Positions 10,243 to 18,409 are shown, numbered from the stretch's first letter. The stretch: DNA of 32,000 bases from Clostridia bacterium (GCA_034186235.1 JAXGBA010000078.1:1-32000); one strand, 5' to 3'. Made by a program: numbers and translations. Notes: generated by a model from the letters alone, not told the origin.

Positions 10243-11858
10243 ATATTATTCAAGTTTCATCACTCGAAAAAATACTGCCGAAAAAAAGCCTTGAAGCAAC
10301 GGAAATCAACACATTCACCGTGCTTCTCGGCGAAAGATTTTCGTATCAGATTGCATACAGGTGCGATGAAAAATACGAAAAGTACGCTGTCAGAGTTGAA
10401 TCAAGCCTTTCCGTTTCGGTTCGTGACGAGCAGCTTGTTCCGGTTATGACCCCATATAACCGCGGCTCTTACGACCAGGATTTTATCACTCGTGAACCGT
10501 TCCTCTGCCCCGACCCTCTGATTAAAAATCCGGGTACAATCCTTGCATATGAATGGTACAAAGGGCTTTGGATTACGGCGGAAGGCACAGACGCTCCCGG
10601 AAAACACGAAATCAAGGTCATATTTGAAGGCGAAAAAACATATGAAAAAGTATTCACGCTCGAAGTCATTAATGCACGCCTTCCCGAGCAGGAGCTTATT
10701 TACACAAACTGGTTCCACACAGACTGCATAGCCTCATACTACAACCTTCCCATGCTCGGCGAGGCGCACTGGGCAATGATAGAAAAGTTTGTTGAAACCG
10801 CCGTTAGGAACGGCATGAATATGATACTTACTCCGATTTTTACGCCTCCGCTCGACACAGAGGTCGGCTCGGAAAGGCCCACCGTTCAGCTTGTTGAAAT
10901 CAGAGAAGCGGATGGAAAATATTCATTTGATTTTTCACTGCTTAAAAGGTGGATTGCGCTTTGCCTCAAAAAAGGCATAAAATACTTTGAAATGGCGCAT
11001 CTTTTCACGCAGTGGGGCGCAGAATTCACACCGAAAATCATTGTGAACGGTTCAAAAAAATTCGGTTGGCACAAGTCTGCGACAGGGGCGGAATACAAGG
11101 AGTTTTTGACGCAGTTTTTGCCGGCGCTGACGGAATTTCTGAAATCCGAAGGCATTGCGGACATTACATATTTTCATATTTCGGACGAACCGAACCCCGC
11201 TCATCTCGAAAAATATCTCGCCGCAAAAGAAGCCGCCGCAAAATATCTTGACGGCTTTAAGATTATGGATGCGCTTTCAAATGTGGATTATTTTGATAAA
11301 GGGGTTGTTGCGCTTCCGGTTCCGGCTTCAAACCACATTAAGCCCTTCCTTGAAAGGGACATCAAGGAACGCTGGACATACTACTGCGTTTCGCAGCAAG
11401 ACCTTGTAAGCAACCGCTTTATGGCAATGCCGGCGTGCAGAAACAGGAGCATAAGCTATCAGTTATTTAAGCACAATATAAAAGGGTTTTTGCATTGGGG
11501 CTTTAACTTTTACTACTCGCAGTATTCAAAACGGAAAATCAATCCGTTTTTTGAAACCGACGCCGGCGGCGCAAACCCGATTAATGACGACAGCGGATTT
11601 CCGTCGGGCGACTCGTTTTCGGTTTACCCCGGGGATGACGGCGCAATTGAATCGACAAGGCTTATTGTATTTCACGAGGCGCTCCAGGATTTATCGGCAA
11701 TGCGCCTTCTGGAATCCGAAATAGGGCATGAAAAATGCGTTGAATTCATAGAATCAACGCTTTCTCACAAAGCGGATTTCGACATATGCTCAAAATCCGC
11801 AGATGAAATACTCAATCTCCGCCTTGCTGTAAACCGCAAAATTGCGGAGCTTCTTTAG
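10239..11858 (+). CDS. DUF4091 domain protein, GH123-like glycoside hydrolase (cytoplasmic)
   Basis: 539-aa ORF. The N-terminus MNIIQVSSLEKILP and overall layout resemble DUF4091 proteins. HISDEP supplies an adjacent Asp-Glu pair as used by GH123 enzymes. There is no signal peptide. The start forms an ATGA overlap with the rqcH stop, and AAGGAG lies 7 nt upstream. Confidence 0.65.
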   Translation: MNIIQVSSLEKILPKKSLEATEINTFTVLLGERFSYQIAYRCDEKYEKYAVRVESSLSVSVRDEQLVPVMTPYNRGSYDQDFITREPFLCPDPLIKNPGTILAYEWYKGLWITAEGTDAPGKHEIKVIFEGEKTYEKVFTLEVINARLPEQELIYTNWFHTDCIASYYNLPMLGEAHWAMIEKFVETAVRNGMNMILTPIFTPPLDTEVGSERPTVQLVEIREADGKYSFDFSLLKRWIALCLKKGIKYFEMAHLFTQWGAEFTPKIIVNGSKKFGWHKSATGAEYKEFLTQFLPALTEFLKSEGIADITYFHISDEPNPAHLEKYLAAKEAAAKYLDGFKIMDALSNVDYFDKGVVALPVPASNHIKPFLERDIKERWTYYCVSQQDLVSNRFMAMPACRNRSISYQLFKHNIKGFLHWGFNFYYSQYSKRKINPFFETDAGGANPINDDSGFPSGDSFSVYPGDDGAIESTRLIVFHEALQDLSAMRLLESEIGHEKCVEFIESTLSHKADFDICSKSADEILNLRLAVNRKIAELL

Positions 11859-12327
11859 AACAAACGGATATTAAACAATCCTCATAAAAAAATCGGTAAA
11901 TATCGGCCATACCGATAACCGAAAAGGAATTCAGCGGAACCGTTATGCCGGTTCCGCATTTTTTTAAATACGCTTCCTTTGCGGTCCAGATTTCAAAAAA
12001 CGCTCTTTTGGGATTTTCGGCAGACAGAATATATTCACGCTCGTCACTGCTGAATTTTTCCGCAATCTTAAGATTGACCTCCCTTATGCGCTCAATATCT
12101 ACCCCGACTTCGCAGTCCGAAACGGCAGCCGCCGCAAAAGAACCGCTGTGGGAAATATTAAAGAAAGCCGCACCCTCGGCATAAGGCTTGCCGTTTTCCG
12201 TGCGTTCAAACTCACCCGAAAAGCCAAGCTTTTCCCTGACAAGTCCGTAAATTCTTTCTCTCAGAGCCTCCGTGTCGGAAAGCTTTTTTCCGCTCGTCTT
12301 TATTTTTATAACATACACTTTAGTCAT
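11812..12327 (-). CDS. 4'-phosphopantetheinyl transferase, Sfp type (short form)
   Basis: 171-aa ORF with the Sfp-family motifs GKPY, FNISHSG, GVDIERI and WTAKEAYLKKCG. The start is 3 nt after the stop of the upstream DUF1680 gene. The 3' end overlaps the convergent DUF4091 gene by 47 nt. Confidence 0.8.
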   Translation of the reverse strand: MTKVYVIKIKTSGKKLSDTEALRERIYGLVREKLGFSGEFERTENGKPYAEGAAFFNISHSGSFAAAAVSDCEVGVDIERIREVNLKIAEKFSSDEREYILSAENPKRAFFEIWTAKEAYLKKCGTGITVPLNSFSVIGMADIYRFFYEDCLISVCSKEAPQFCGLQQGGD

Positions 12328-12330
12328 ATT

Positions 12331-14223
12331 CTAAATATAAATGCTGAAAAACCTCATATCTCCGCTTTCATAATCATCAGCGGTTGCATAAGCGCACATT
12401 GTGATTTTTTTGCATTTTCCGTTCCTTATAAGTTTAACCTCGTATTCCGCCATCATGTTGTCCGCCGTATTCTTGCAAACTGCTTCGGCACGCACATTTT
12501 CTCCGCATACGGTATCGGGGCAGAATATTTCCGATTCCGCCATGCCTGTTTTCTTGCTTTTTGCAAGAAGTATCGGACCGTAAGTAATGTAAGAACGCCT
12601 CTTTTTCTCCATATATTCCACAGGAACCGTAACCCCGGGTTTTCCGTAGGGAATCCAGCGCTGAACCTTAAAATCGCCCTCAGGAATTTCGCCGGGCTCA
12701 GCCGGAAAATCATGTATTTCAGCTTTAAAATCAAAATCGGCGGTTATTTCGGAAACGCCTTTTCCGACAGTTAATTTATAATAATCTCCGCTGACCTTAA
12801 CGCCGTCAACGGCAGCATTCCTGCCGGCGGTATCGGGAATTCTCAAAAACACGTCCGCCGCCGCTTGGGCACAAATTTTAATATTCACTTTTCCGTTTCG
12901 AATATATCCCTCGGAAATCGTAATTTCAGCCGTATCAAGCTTGGATTTGAGAGGAGAATACATATTTATGTAAATATTTTCACCCGAGGTTGATACCGCA
13001 AGCTCCGTAACATTTATATAACCTCTCGGTATGTTGTCAAGACAGCACTGGTTGTATTTAAGCCCCGACTGACCGCTTGCAATCATGTGACAGCAATTTG
13101 CGCGAACAGCTCTTGCACCCCATTTGCCGTCGTCCGAAACCGATGCCAAAAAGGCGTTATAGTATGCTTTTTCAACCGAATTGACATATTTCGCATCACC
13201 GGTTAATCTGTAAAGCTCGCTGCAAACCCTTATCCAGTGTATCACATCGCACGGCTCTGAAAGAGCGTTCTCAATTTTCGAAGCATTTGCAAAAATGTCG
13301 TTAAACCCGACCGAACCCATAGGATTAAGCTCGTGTTTTTCAAGAAGCTCGTGCATGTTGCAAACCGCATAGAAATATTTTTCCGTGCCGGTAACCTTAT
13401 AAAGCTCCAAAAGTCCGTCAAGACAGGACATCATCTCGTAAGCCTTTGCCCACAGATTGCTTTGCGGATACCACTCGTGAACCGGTTTTTTCATCAGAGC
13501 ATTTCTTATGATGTTCGGCTTTTTGCCGTCGTCTCTGTCCCAGTTTTCCGCAATATCCACACAGAAATCAAGCAGCTTTTCATCACCTGTCAGGCGGTAA
13601 AGTATAAGCATCGGCTTGATTATCGAACCGCTCGGCAGACCGCAAAAGTTTTTTGTACCCGTTTCGGATATATGTACACCAAGCTCCGAGAGCTCCGAAA
13701 TAAGCTGATTAGCCAGGCGATGAGCGCCGCCTAGAATTTTTTTGCTGCCGGTCAGCTCCGCCGCTTCAACCAGACCCCAAAGCGTGTATTTCCTGCACCA
13801 GATGTTCCAGTTCCAGTCACAATCCCATCCCATAATATCAAATGCCGCCTTCGGGTCGGGCGCAAACACATTTTTGCTGTCCTTATATGAGTTGATATAT
13901 CCGTCCTCTCTTGCAAATGTAAGGACATTAAGCGCAGCCTTTTCGATAAATTTCTTCAGTTCCTCTCTGCCGGTATATTTATATACGCGGCAGGCGCTTA
14001 TAATCAGTTTTCCCCAAAATTCTCCGCTCCAGTGTCCGACCGCAGTATCGTCATCATGCGGGAATTTTAAGGCGTCCTCTGCCTCTTTGTATATCTCGTT
14101 TTCGGCAAAGTCGGAAAAAATGCGGTTTTCAAAAAAGCGTTCCATATACTCTTCTTCAAAACCGCAAAATCTTGTTTTGCCGATTTCGGGAAATTCCACC
14201 CGATTTTTAATCTTGTACACCAT
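12331..14223 (-). CDS. DUF1680 / GH127-like glycoside hydrolase (beta-L-arabinofuranosidase family fold), cytoplasmic
   Basis: 630-aa ORF. SEPCDVIHW (Glu-x-Cys) and QCCLDNIPRG (Cys-Cys) match the Zn/Cys catalytic arrangement described for GH127 HypBA1. Helical-repeat (alpha/alpha)6-like N-terminal two thirds. No signal peptide. Confidence 0.6.
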   Translation of the reverse strand: MVYKIKNRVEFPEIGKTRFCGFEEEYMERFFENRIFSDFAENEIYKEAEDALKFPHDDDTAVGHWSGEFWGKLIISACRVYKYTGREELKKFIEKAALNVLTFAREDGYINSYKDSKNVFAPDPKAAFDIMGWDCDWNWNIWCRKYTLWGLVEAAELTGSKKILGGAHRLANQLISELSELGVHISETGTKNFCGLPSGSIIKPMLILYRLTGDEKLLDFCVDIAENWDRDDGKKPNIIRNALMKKPVHEWYPQSNLWAKAYEMMSCLDGLLELYKVTGTEKYFYAVCNMHELLEKHELNPMGSVGFNDIFANASKIENALSEPCDVIHWIRVCSELYRLTGDAKYVNSVEKAYYNAFLASVSDDGKWGARAVRANCCHMIASGQSGLKYNQCCLDNIPRGYINVTELAVSTSGENIYINMYSPLKSKLDTAEITISEGYIRNGKVNIKICAQAAADVFLRIPDTAGRNAAVDGVKVSGDYYKLTVGKGVSEITADFDFKAEIHDFPAEPGEIPEGDFKVQRWIPYGKPGVTVPVEYMEKKRRSYITYGPILLAKSKKTGMAESEIFCPDTVCGENVRAEAVCKNTADNMMAEYEVKLIRNGKCKKITMCAYATADDYESGDMRFFSIYI

Positions 14224-14255
14224 ATCAATCTCTCCAAATCAAGTATTATATAGAA

Positions 14256-14284
14256 ATTATACACAATCCGCCTTTAGTTGTCAA
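14256..14284 (-). promoter_or_regulatory. consensus sigma-A promoter for the DUF1680-PPTase transcription unit
   Basis: On the minus strand: TTGACA (14284..14279), a 17-nt spacer, then TATAAT (14261..14256). GGAGAG RBS lies upstream of ATG 14223. Confidence 0.55.
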
Positions 14285-14309
14285 TATAAAATACAGCTGT
14301 TTTCGTATC

Positions 14310-14325
14310 GTGTAAATATTTTGCC
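14310..14325. promoter_or_regulatory. putative operator/activator site A (GTGTAAATATTTTGCC; core GTAAA-N3-TTT[A/G]C palindrome)
   Basis: Lies almost exactly midway between the two divergent -35 boxes (14284 and 14348). The 13-mer GTGTAAATATTTT recurs exactly at 16344..16356. Confidence 0.4.
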
Positions 14326-14347
14326 GTCCAAAAGTCAATTGTGTATA

Positions 14348-14376
14348 TTGACCTGAAAAAGTTTTTATAGTATAGT
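14348..14376 (+). promoter_or_regulatory. sigma-A-type promoter for the beta-helix gene
   Basis: TTGACC (14348..14353), a 17-nt spacer, then TATAGT (14371..14376). The -35 box is embedded in the inverted repeat GTCAAT-N7-ATTGAC (14334..14352). The region is AT-rich, so other -10-like hexamers exist. Confidence 0.45.
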
Positions 14377-14409
14377 ATGTATAATATATTATAATGAGGT
14401 AAACTGTAT

Positions 14410-16239
14410 ATGAACTACATTGTAAAAAACGAAAAAGAACTTTTTGAGGCGGTAAAGGCTATCAATTCCGAAACGGAGGCGGCCGTGATAACAGTCGAAG
14501 CCGGAACATACGAAATAAACGAAAGCATCGTTTTCATGCGTGATAATGTCACAATAGAATCAAACGGCGATGTAAACTTCAGGGGAAGCCGCAAAATCCC
14601 GGTAAACGGAAGCGGCAAGGTTGAAATCGACCTTAAATCCCAAGGAATTACCGATTTCGGAAAATTCGGAGAAGGTCCTTTCGAGGATTTCTGGAACAAA
14701 TATGATATACCCAAGCCGCATATGACGAACGAAGGCCCGGGTGCCGAGCTTTTTTACGATGACAAAGCAATGCCTCTTTCGAGATATCCCGAAACCGGCG
14801 AACTTAAAATAACCAAGGCCCTCAGCAAAACACCGCTTGTGGAATACGGCCACACGGAAAGAATAGGCTCTATGGAAGGAAAGTTTTTGTGTAATGACAG
14901 TTTCGTAAAAGAATGGGCAGACGAGGACGACCCTTTGCTCATAGGATACTGGGGAAATGACTGGGCAACACAGCGACATACCGTAAAATCCGTTGACCCG
15001 AAAACAGGCGCCATAGAGGTAAATCCGCCGTACCATGCGTTCGGCTACCGTGACGGCAAAATTTTCAACAACGACGACGGAGGGGCTTCGTTTTATGCCC
15101 TGAATTTGAAATGCGCCCTCAAAAAGCCCGGAAACTGGTGTATAGACCGCAAAAGCGGAAAAATACATATGATTCCTTATGAAAACCAGAAAGAGGTCAG
15201 CATATCTGTATGCGAAGATATTTTTTCGCTCTGCGGCAGAGAAAACATACATATAATAGGTATAAATATGTCCGAGTGCCGCAAATCGGGCGTAATGATG
15301 AACGGCTGTAAAGCTTGCTCGGTTGAAAACTGTCGCATTTACAATACCGGTGCATGGGCGGTAATTGCTGATGACTGCACCGATACAAAGGTTGTAAACT
15401 GCACAATATTCGATACCGCCGGCGGCGGCATTGCCCTCAGCGGAGGCGACCGCTCGACCCTTACCCCGGCAAACAATATTGCCGAGGGCTGCGAAATTCA
15501 CGACATTGCACGGTGGCACAAAACATATCTTGCCGCAATTGAACTTAACGGAGTCGGCTGTACGGCTTCCGAGAATAAACTTTACGACCTTCCGCATTTT
15601 GCAATAGTTTTCCAGGGCAACAATCATATAATAGAGAAAAACGATATTAAAAACGCATGCTATTCGTCAAACGACGCCGGTGCAATCTATGCCGGCCGCG
15701 ACTGGACCTGCCGCGGAAATATAATAAGATATAATTATATTCACGATTTCCCGGGGCGCGCAAATGTCGGCTGCATAGGAATATACTTTGATGACGCAAT
15801 GTCCTCAGCAGAGGTTTACGGAAATACCATTGTCGGCTCAATACAGGCGGGAATTGAACTCGGCGGCGGAAGGGACTTCAAAATTCATCATAACACATTT
15901 ATAAACTGCCATGTTTCGATGATGATGGACGCACGCCTCAAAAACTGGGGAACCACTGACAAACTTCTGCGCCACCTCGGCGAGGTTCCGTACAGAAATA
16001 AGGTGTGGGAAACAGCATATCCCGAGCTTTTCAGGATTCTTGATGAAGATTTCTGCGCTCCGGAAAATAATGAATTTCACGATAACCTCACAATCGGCGG
16101 TCACGGCGTTGCCGTATCGAAGGACGGCGCCGATGAATACATAATCATGAAAAACAATACATTTATAAAATCGGATTTCCCGACCGCCGTCCACGAACGG
16201 TACAGATCCAACTGGTGGGCATTCCCGGAAGAAGAATAG
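14410..16239 (+). CDS. right-handed parallel beta-helix repeat protein (pectate-lyase-fold glycan hydrolase/lyase candidate), cytoplasmic
   Basis: 609-aa ORF with repeated beta-helix turns: NCRIYNTGAWAVIADDCTDTKVVNCTIFDTAGGGIALSGG, then GNNHIIEKNDI and IRYNYIHD. No signal peptide. GAGG RBS present. Confidence 0.7.
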   Translation: MNYIVKNEKELFEAVKAINSETEAAVITVEAGTYEINESIVFMRDNVTIESNGDVNFRGSRKIPVNGSGKVEIDLKSQGITDFGKFGEGPFEDFWNKYDIPKPHMTNEGPGAELFYDDKAMPLSRYPETGELKITKALSKTPLVEYGHTERIGSMEGKFLCNDSFVKEWADEDDPLLIGYWGNDWATQRHTVKSVDPKTGAIEVNPPYHAFGYRDGKIFNNDDGGASFYALNLKCALKKPGNWCIDRKSGKIHMIPYENQKEVSISVCEDIFSLCGRENIHIIGINMSECRKSGVMMNGCKACSVENCRIYNTGAWAVIADDCTDTKVVNCTIFDTAGGGIALSGGDRSTLTPANNIAEGCEIHDIARWHKTYLAAIELNGVGCTASENKLYDLPHFAIVFQGNNHIIEKNDIKNACYSSNDAGAIYAGRDWTCRGNIIRYNYIHDFPGRANVGCIGIYFDDAMSSAEVYGNTIVGSIQAGIELGGGRDFKIHHNTFINCHVSMMMDARLKNWGTTDKLLRHLGEVPYRNKVWETAYPELFRILDEDFCAPENNEFHDNLTIGGHGVAVSKDGADEYIIMKNNTFIKSDFPTAVHERYRSNWWAFPEEE

Positions 16240-16343
16240 ATATTAAAATAATCGAAATTCCGCACTTCATGCCGACCGATTTGTTGATAATGAATATCAC
16301 TTTTAACAATCATTAAAGGCAGGATTTGTGCATTTGTTCAAAT

Positions 16344-16380
16344 GTGTAAATATTTTACCCTATATGTCAAAATATTTACC
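16344..16380. promoter_or_regulatory. putative operator/activator sites B and C (GTGTAAATATTTTACC and, inverted, GGTAAATATTTTGAC)
   Basis: Two copies of the site A core lie about 20 bp apart centre to centre. They abut the position where a -35 box would be for the permease promoter. A CATTTG-tt-CAAATG palindrome sits immediately upstream (16331..16344). Confidence 0.4.
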
Positions 16381-16400
16381 TTTTTAAGTTGCGCCAAATA

Positions 16401-16409
16401 TGTTATACT
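16401..16409 (+). promoter_or_regulatory. extended -10 promoter element for the ABC permease operon
   Basis: TGtTATACT at 16401..16409. There is no good -35 hexamer (TTTTTA at the expected position), which fits activator dependence. Confidence 0.35.
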
Positions 16410-16483
16410 TAATGTGTTATCTTAGATTGGCGGTTAGTGTGTAATCGCCAAGCCTGTTTTTAATTACTTAGGAGGTGGCAAAA

Positions 16484-17440
16484 TTGGCAAAAGAGGTAAC
16501 AAATGAACTTACATACATACCTAAAAAGCAGAGTGCGGCACTTATTTTCAAAAAGAATTGGATGCTCCTTGCACTGTGCGCACCGATGCTTGTTTATCTT
16601 GCAATTTTCCGTTACGGGCCGATGTTCGGTATCATATTGGCATTTAAGTCGTATGACTACCAGGGAGGTATCATCGGAAGTGACTGGACGGGTCTTTACA
16701 ACTTTGAGTTCTTCTTCCAGTCGGACAGTTTTACGATAGTTGTAAGAAACGCCCTTCTTTACAACATGGTAATGATATTCCTGGGTCTTATTGCGTCAAT
16801 CATGCTTGCGCTGCTGCTCTTTGAGCTTTCGGGCAGGATTGCTATCAGGGTTTATCAGACGCTTATGTTCATACCGCATCTTCTCTCATGGGTTGTTGTT
16901 GCGTACATGGTATACGCATTCTTAAGTCCTACACACGGTATGCTGGTAAGCATCTATAATTACTTCGGCCTCACATATACCGACTGGTATTCTGAGCCTA
17001 TGAAATGGATATTCATTCTGCCTATCGCCTCCATATGGAAAGGCTGCGGTATGAGTGCGCTTATCTATTATTCGTCACTCCTCGGTATCGACGCGGAATA
17101 CTTTGAAGCTGCATCGCTCGAAGGTGCAACAAGGCCTCAGATTGCAAAATATATAACGCTACCGTTCCTGTATCCTACCGTTACAATCCTTACGATTATG
17201 TCTATCGGTAAGATATTCAATGCGGATTTCGGTCTGTTCTATCAGCTGCCGAAAGGCTCACCGCTGATCAGGACCACTACGGATGTTATCGAAACCTACA
17301 CATACCGTGCATTCTATGAAGAAAGCAATATCGGGCAGTCATCTGCGGTAGGTTTGGTTCAGTCCTTGGTTGGCTTGGTGCTCGTTACGCTTACAAATGC
17401 CGTTGTTAAGTGGATCGACCCCGAAAGAGCATTGTATTAA
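16484..17440 (+). CDS. carbohydrate ABC transporter permease, LplB/YteP-like (MalF-type)
   Basis: ORF 16475..17440. The GTG at 16475 lies inside the AGGAGG RBS (16470..16475), so I prefer the in-frame TTG at 16484 (8-nt spacing). About six TM segments and the EAA loop EAASLEGATRPQIAKYITLPFL. Confidence 0.85.
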   Translation: MAKEVTNELTYIPKKQSAALIFKKNWMLLALCAPMLVYLAIFRYGPMFGIILAFKSYDYQGGIIGSDWTGLYNFEFFFQSDSFTIVVRNALLYNMVMIFLGLIASIMLALLLFELSGRIAIRVYQTLMFIPHLLSWVVVAYMVYAFLSPTHGMLVSIYNYFGLTYTDWYSEPMKWIFILPIASIWKGCGMSALIYYSSLLGIDAEYFEAASLEGATRPQIAKYITLPFLYPTVTILTIMSIGKIFNADFGLFYQLPKGSPLIRTTTDVIETYTYRAFYEESNIGQSSAVGLVQSLVGLVLVTLTNAVVKWIDPERALY

Positions 17441-17459
17441 GAAAGGACGGTGTTTGTAA

Positions 17460-18359
17460 ATGGCAGTTGTTAAAAGAAAAAGCGAAACTATCGCAAAGTT
17501 TTTTATACATATTTTCTTCTGTTTGCTTTCGGTAACATTTATTATACCGATCTGGTCGATTATTTCCATCTCGTTCATGAGTGAAGAAGAAATCATCCAG
17601 AGCGGTTACGCAATGATTCCGAAAGAACTGTGCCTCACTGCTTATAAGTATATTTTCAGCAGTACCGGTGCTATTATCAACGCTTATAAAGCAACAATTA
17701 TTACATCGGTTATGCAGTGCGTGCTGTTCCTCATCGTAGGTTCAATGTGCGCATACGCTATATCCCGTTCAGACTTCAAGTTCAGAGGACCTATTACATT
17801 CTTCATGTTCTTCACCATGCTGTTCGGCGGCGGTATGATTCCTTCTTACATACTTATCGCAAAGGTTATGAACCTTACCGATACTTATGCAGCACTGGTT
17901 TTTCCGTCAATTGGTAATGTATGGTCGATATTTATTATCCGAACATTCTTCCAGCAGTTGCCGGGCGCTATTATTGAGTCCGCAACTATTGACGGCGCAA
18001 GCGAATGGACGATTTTTACAAAGATTATTCTTCCGCTTTCGACGCCCGCACTTGCAACGATGGGACTTCTCGAGTTCCTCGGCGCATGGAACGCATGGAT
18101 GCCCTCAATGCTTTACCTTACAAGTAACGGTAAAGACAAGAGAACTCTGCAGTATCTGCTTCAGACGATGCTTCGTAACATTGACGAGCTGAAGAGAAAT
18201 CAGGAACAGACGGGTATGATTCTCGAAACAGCCAACACGCCTACAGAGAGTGCCCGTATGGCAATGGCGGTTGTTGCTGTCGGTCCCATTCTCCTTATAT
18301 TCCCGTTCTTCCAGAAGTATTTCGTACAAGGTCTTACGGTAGGTTCCGTAAAGGGTTGA
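17460..18359 (+). CDS. carbohydrate ABC transporter permease, LplC/YtcP-like (MalG-type)
   Basis: 299-aa ORF with multiple TM segments and the EAA loop ESATIDGASEWTIFTKIILPLSTPALAT. Confidence 0.85.
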   Translation: MAVVKRKSETIAKFFIHIFFCLLSVTFIIPIWSIISISFMSEEEIIQSGYAMIPKELCLTAYKYIFSSTGAIINAYKATIITSVMQCVLFLIVGSMCAYAISRSDFKFRGPITFFMFFTMLFGGGMIPSYILIAKVMNLTDTYAALVFPSIGNVWSIFIIRTFFQQLPGAIIESATIDGASEWTIFTKIILPLSTPALATMGLLEFLGAWNAWMPSMLYLTSNGKDKRTLQYLLQTMLRNIDELKRNQEQTGMILETANTPTESARMAMAVVAVGPILLIFPFFQKYFVQGLTVGSVKG

Positions 18360-18373
18360 TTTAAAGAAAATTT

Positions 18374-18409
18374 AAGGACACATAGCTTCATGCCGTGTGT
18401 CCTTTTCTT
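18374..18409 (+). terminator. candidate intrinsic terminator after the permease pair
   Basis: 9-bp stem AAGGACACA / TGTGTCCTT (18374..18382 and 18396..18404) with a 13-nt loop, followed by TTTTCTT. Confidence 0.5.

Noticed and set aside
14560-15627. A 355-aa stop-free ORF antisense to the beta-helix gene
   Set aside because: It lies entirely inside, and opposite to, an ORF with clear beta-helix repeat signatures. Its translation is low-complexity (Phe/Val/Arg/Cys-rich) with no RBS or recognisable motif. It is most simply a by-product of codon usage on the sense strand.
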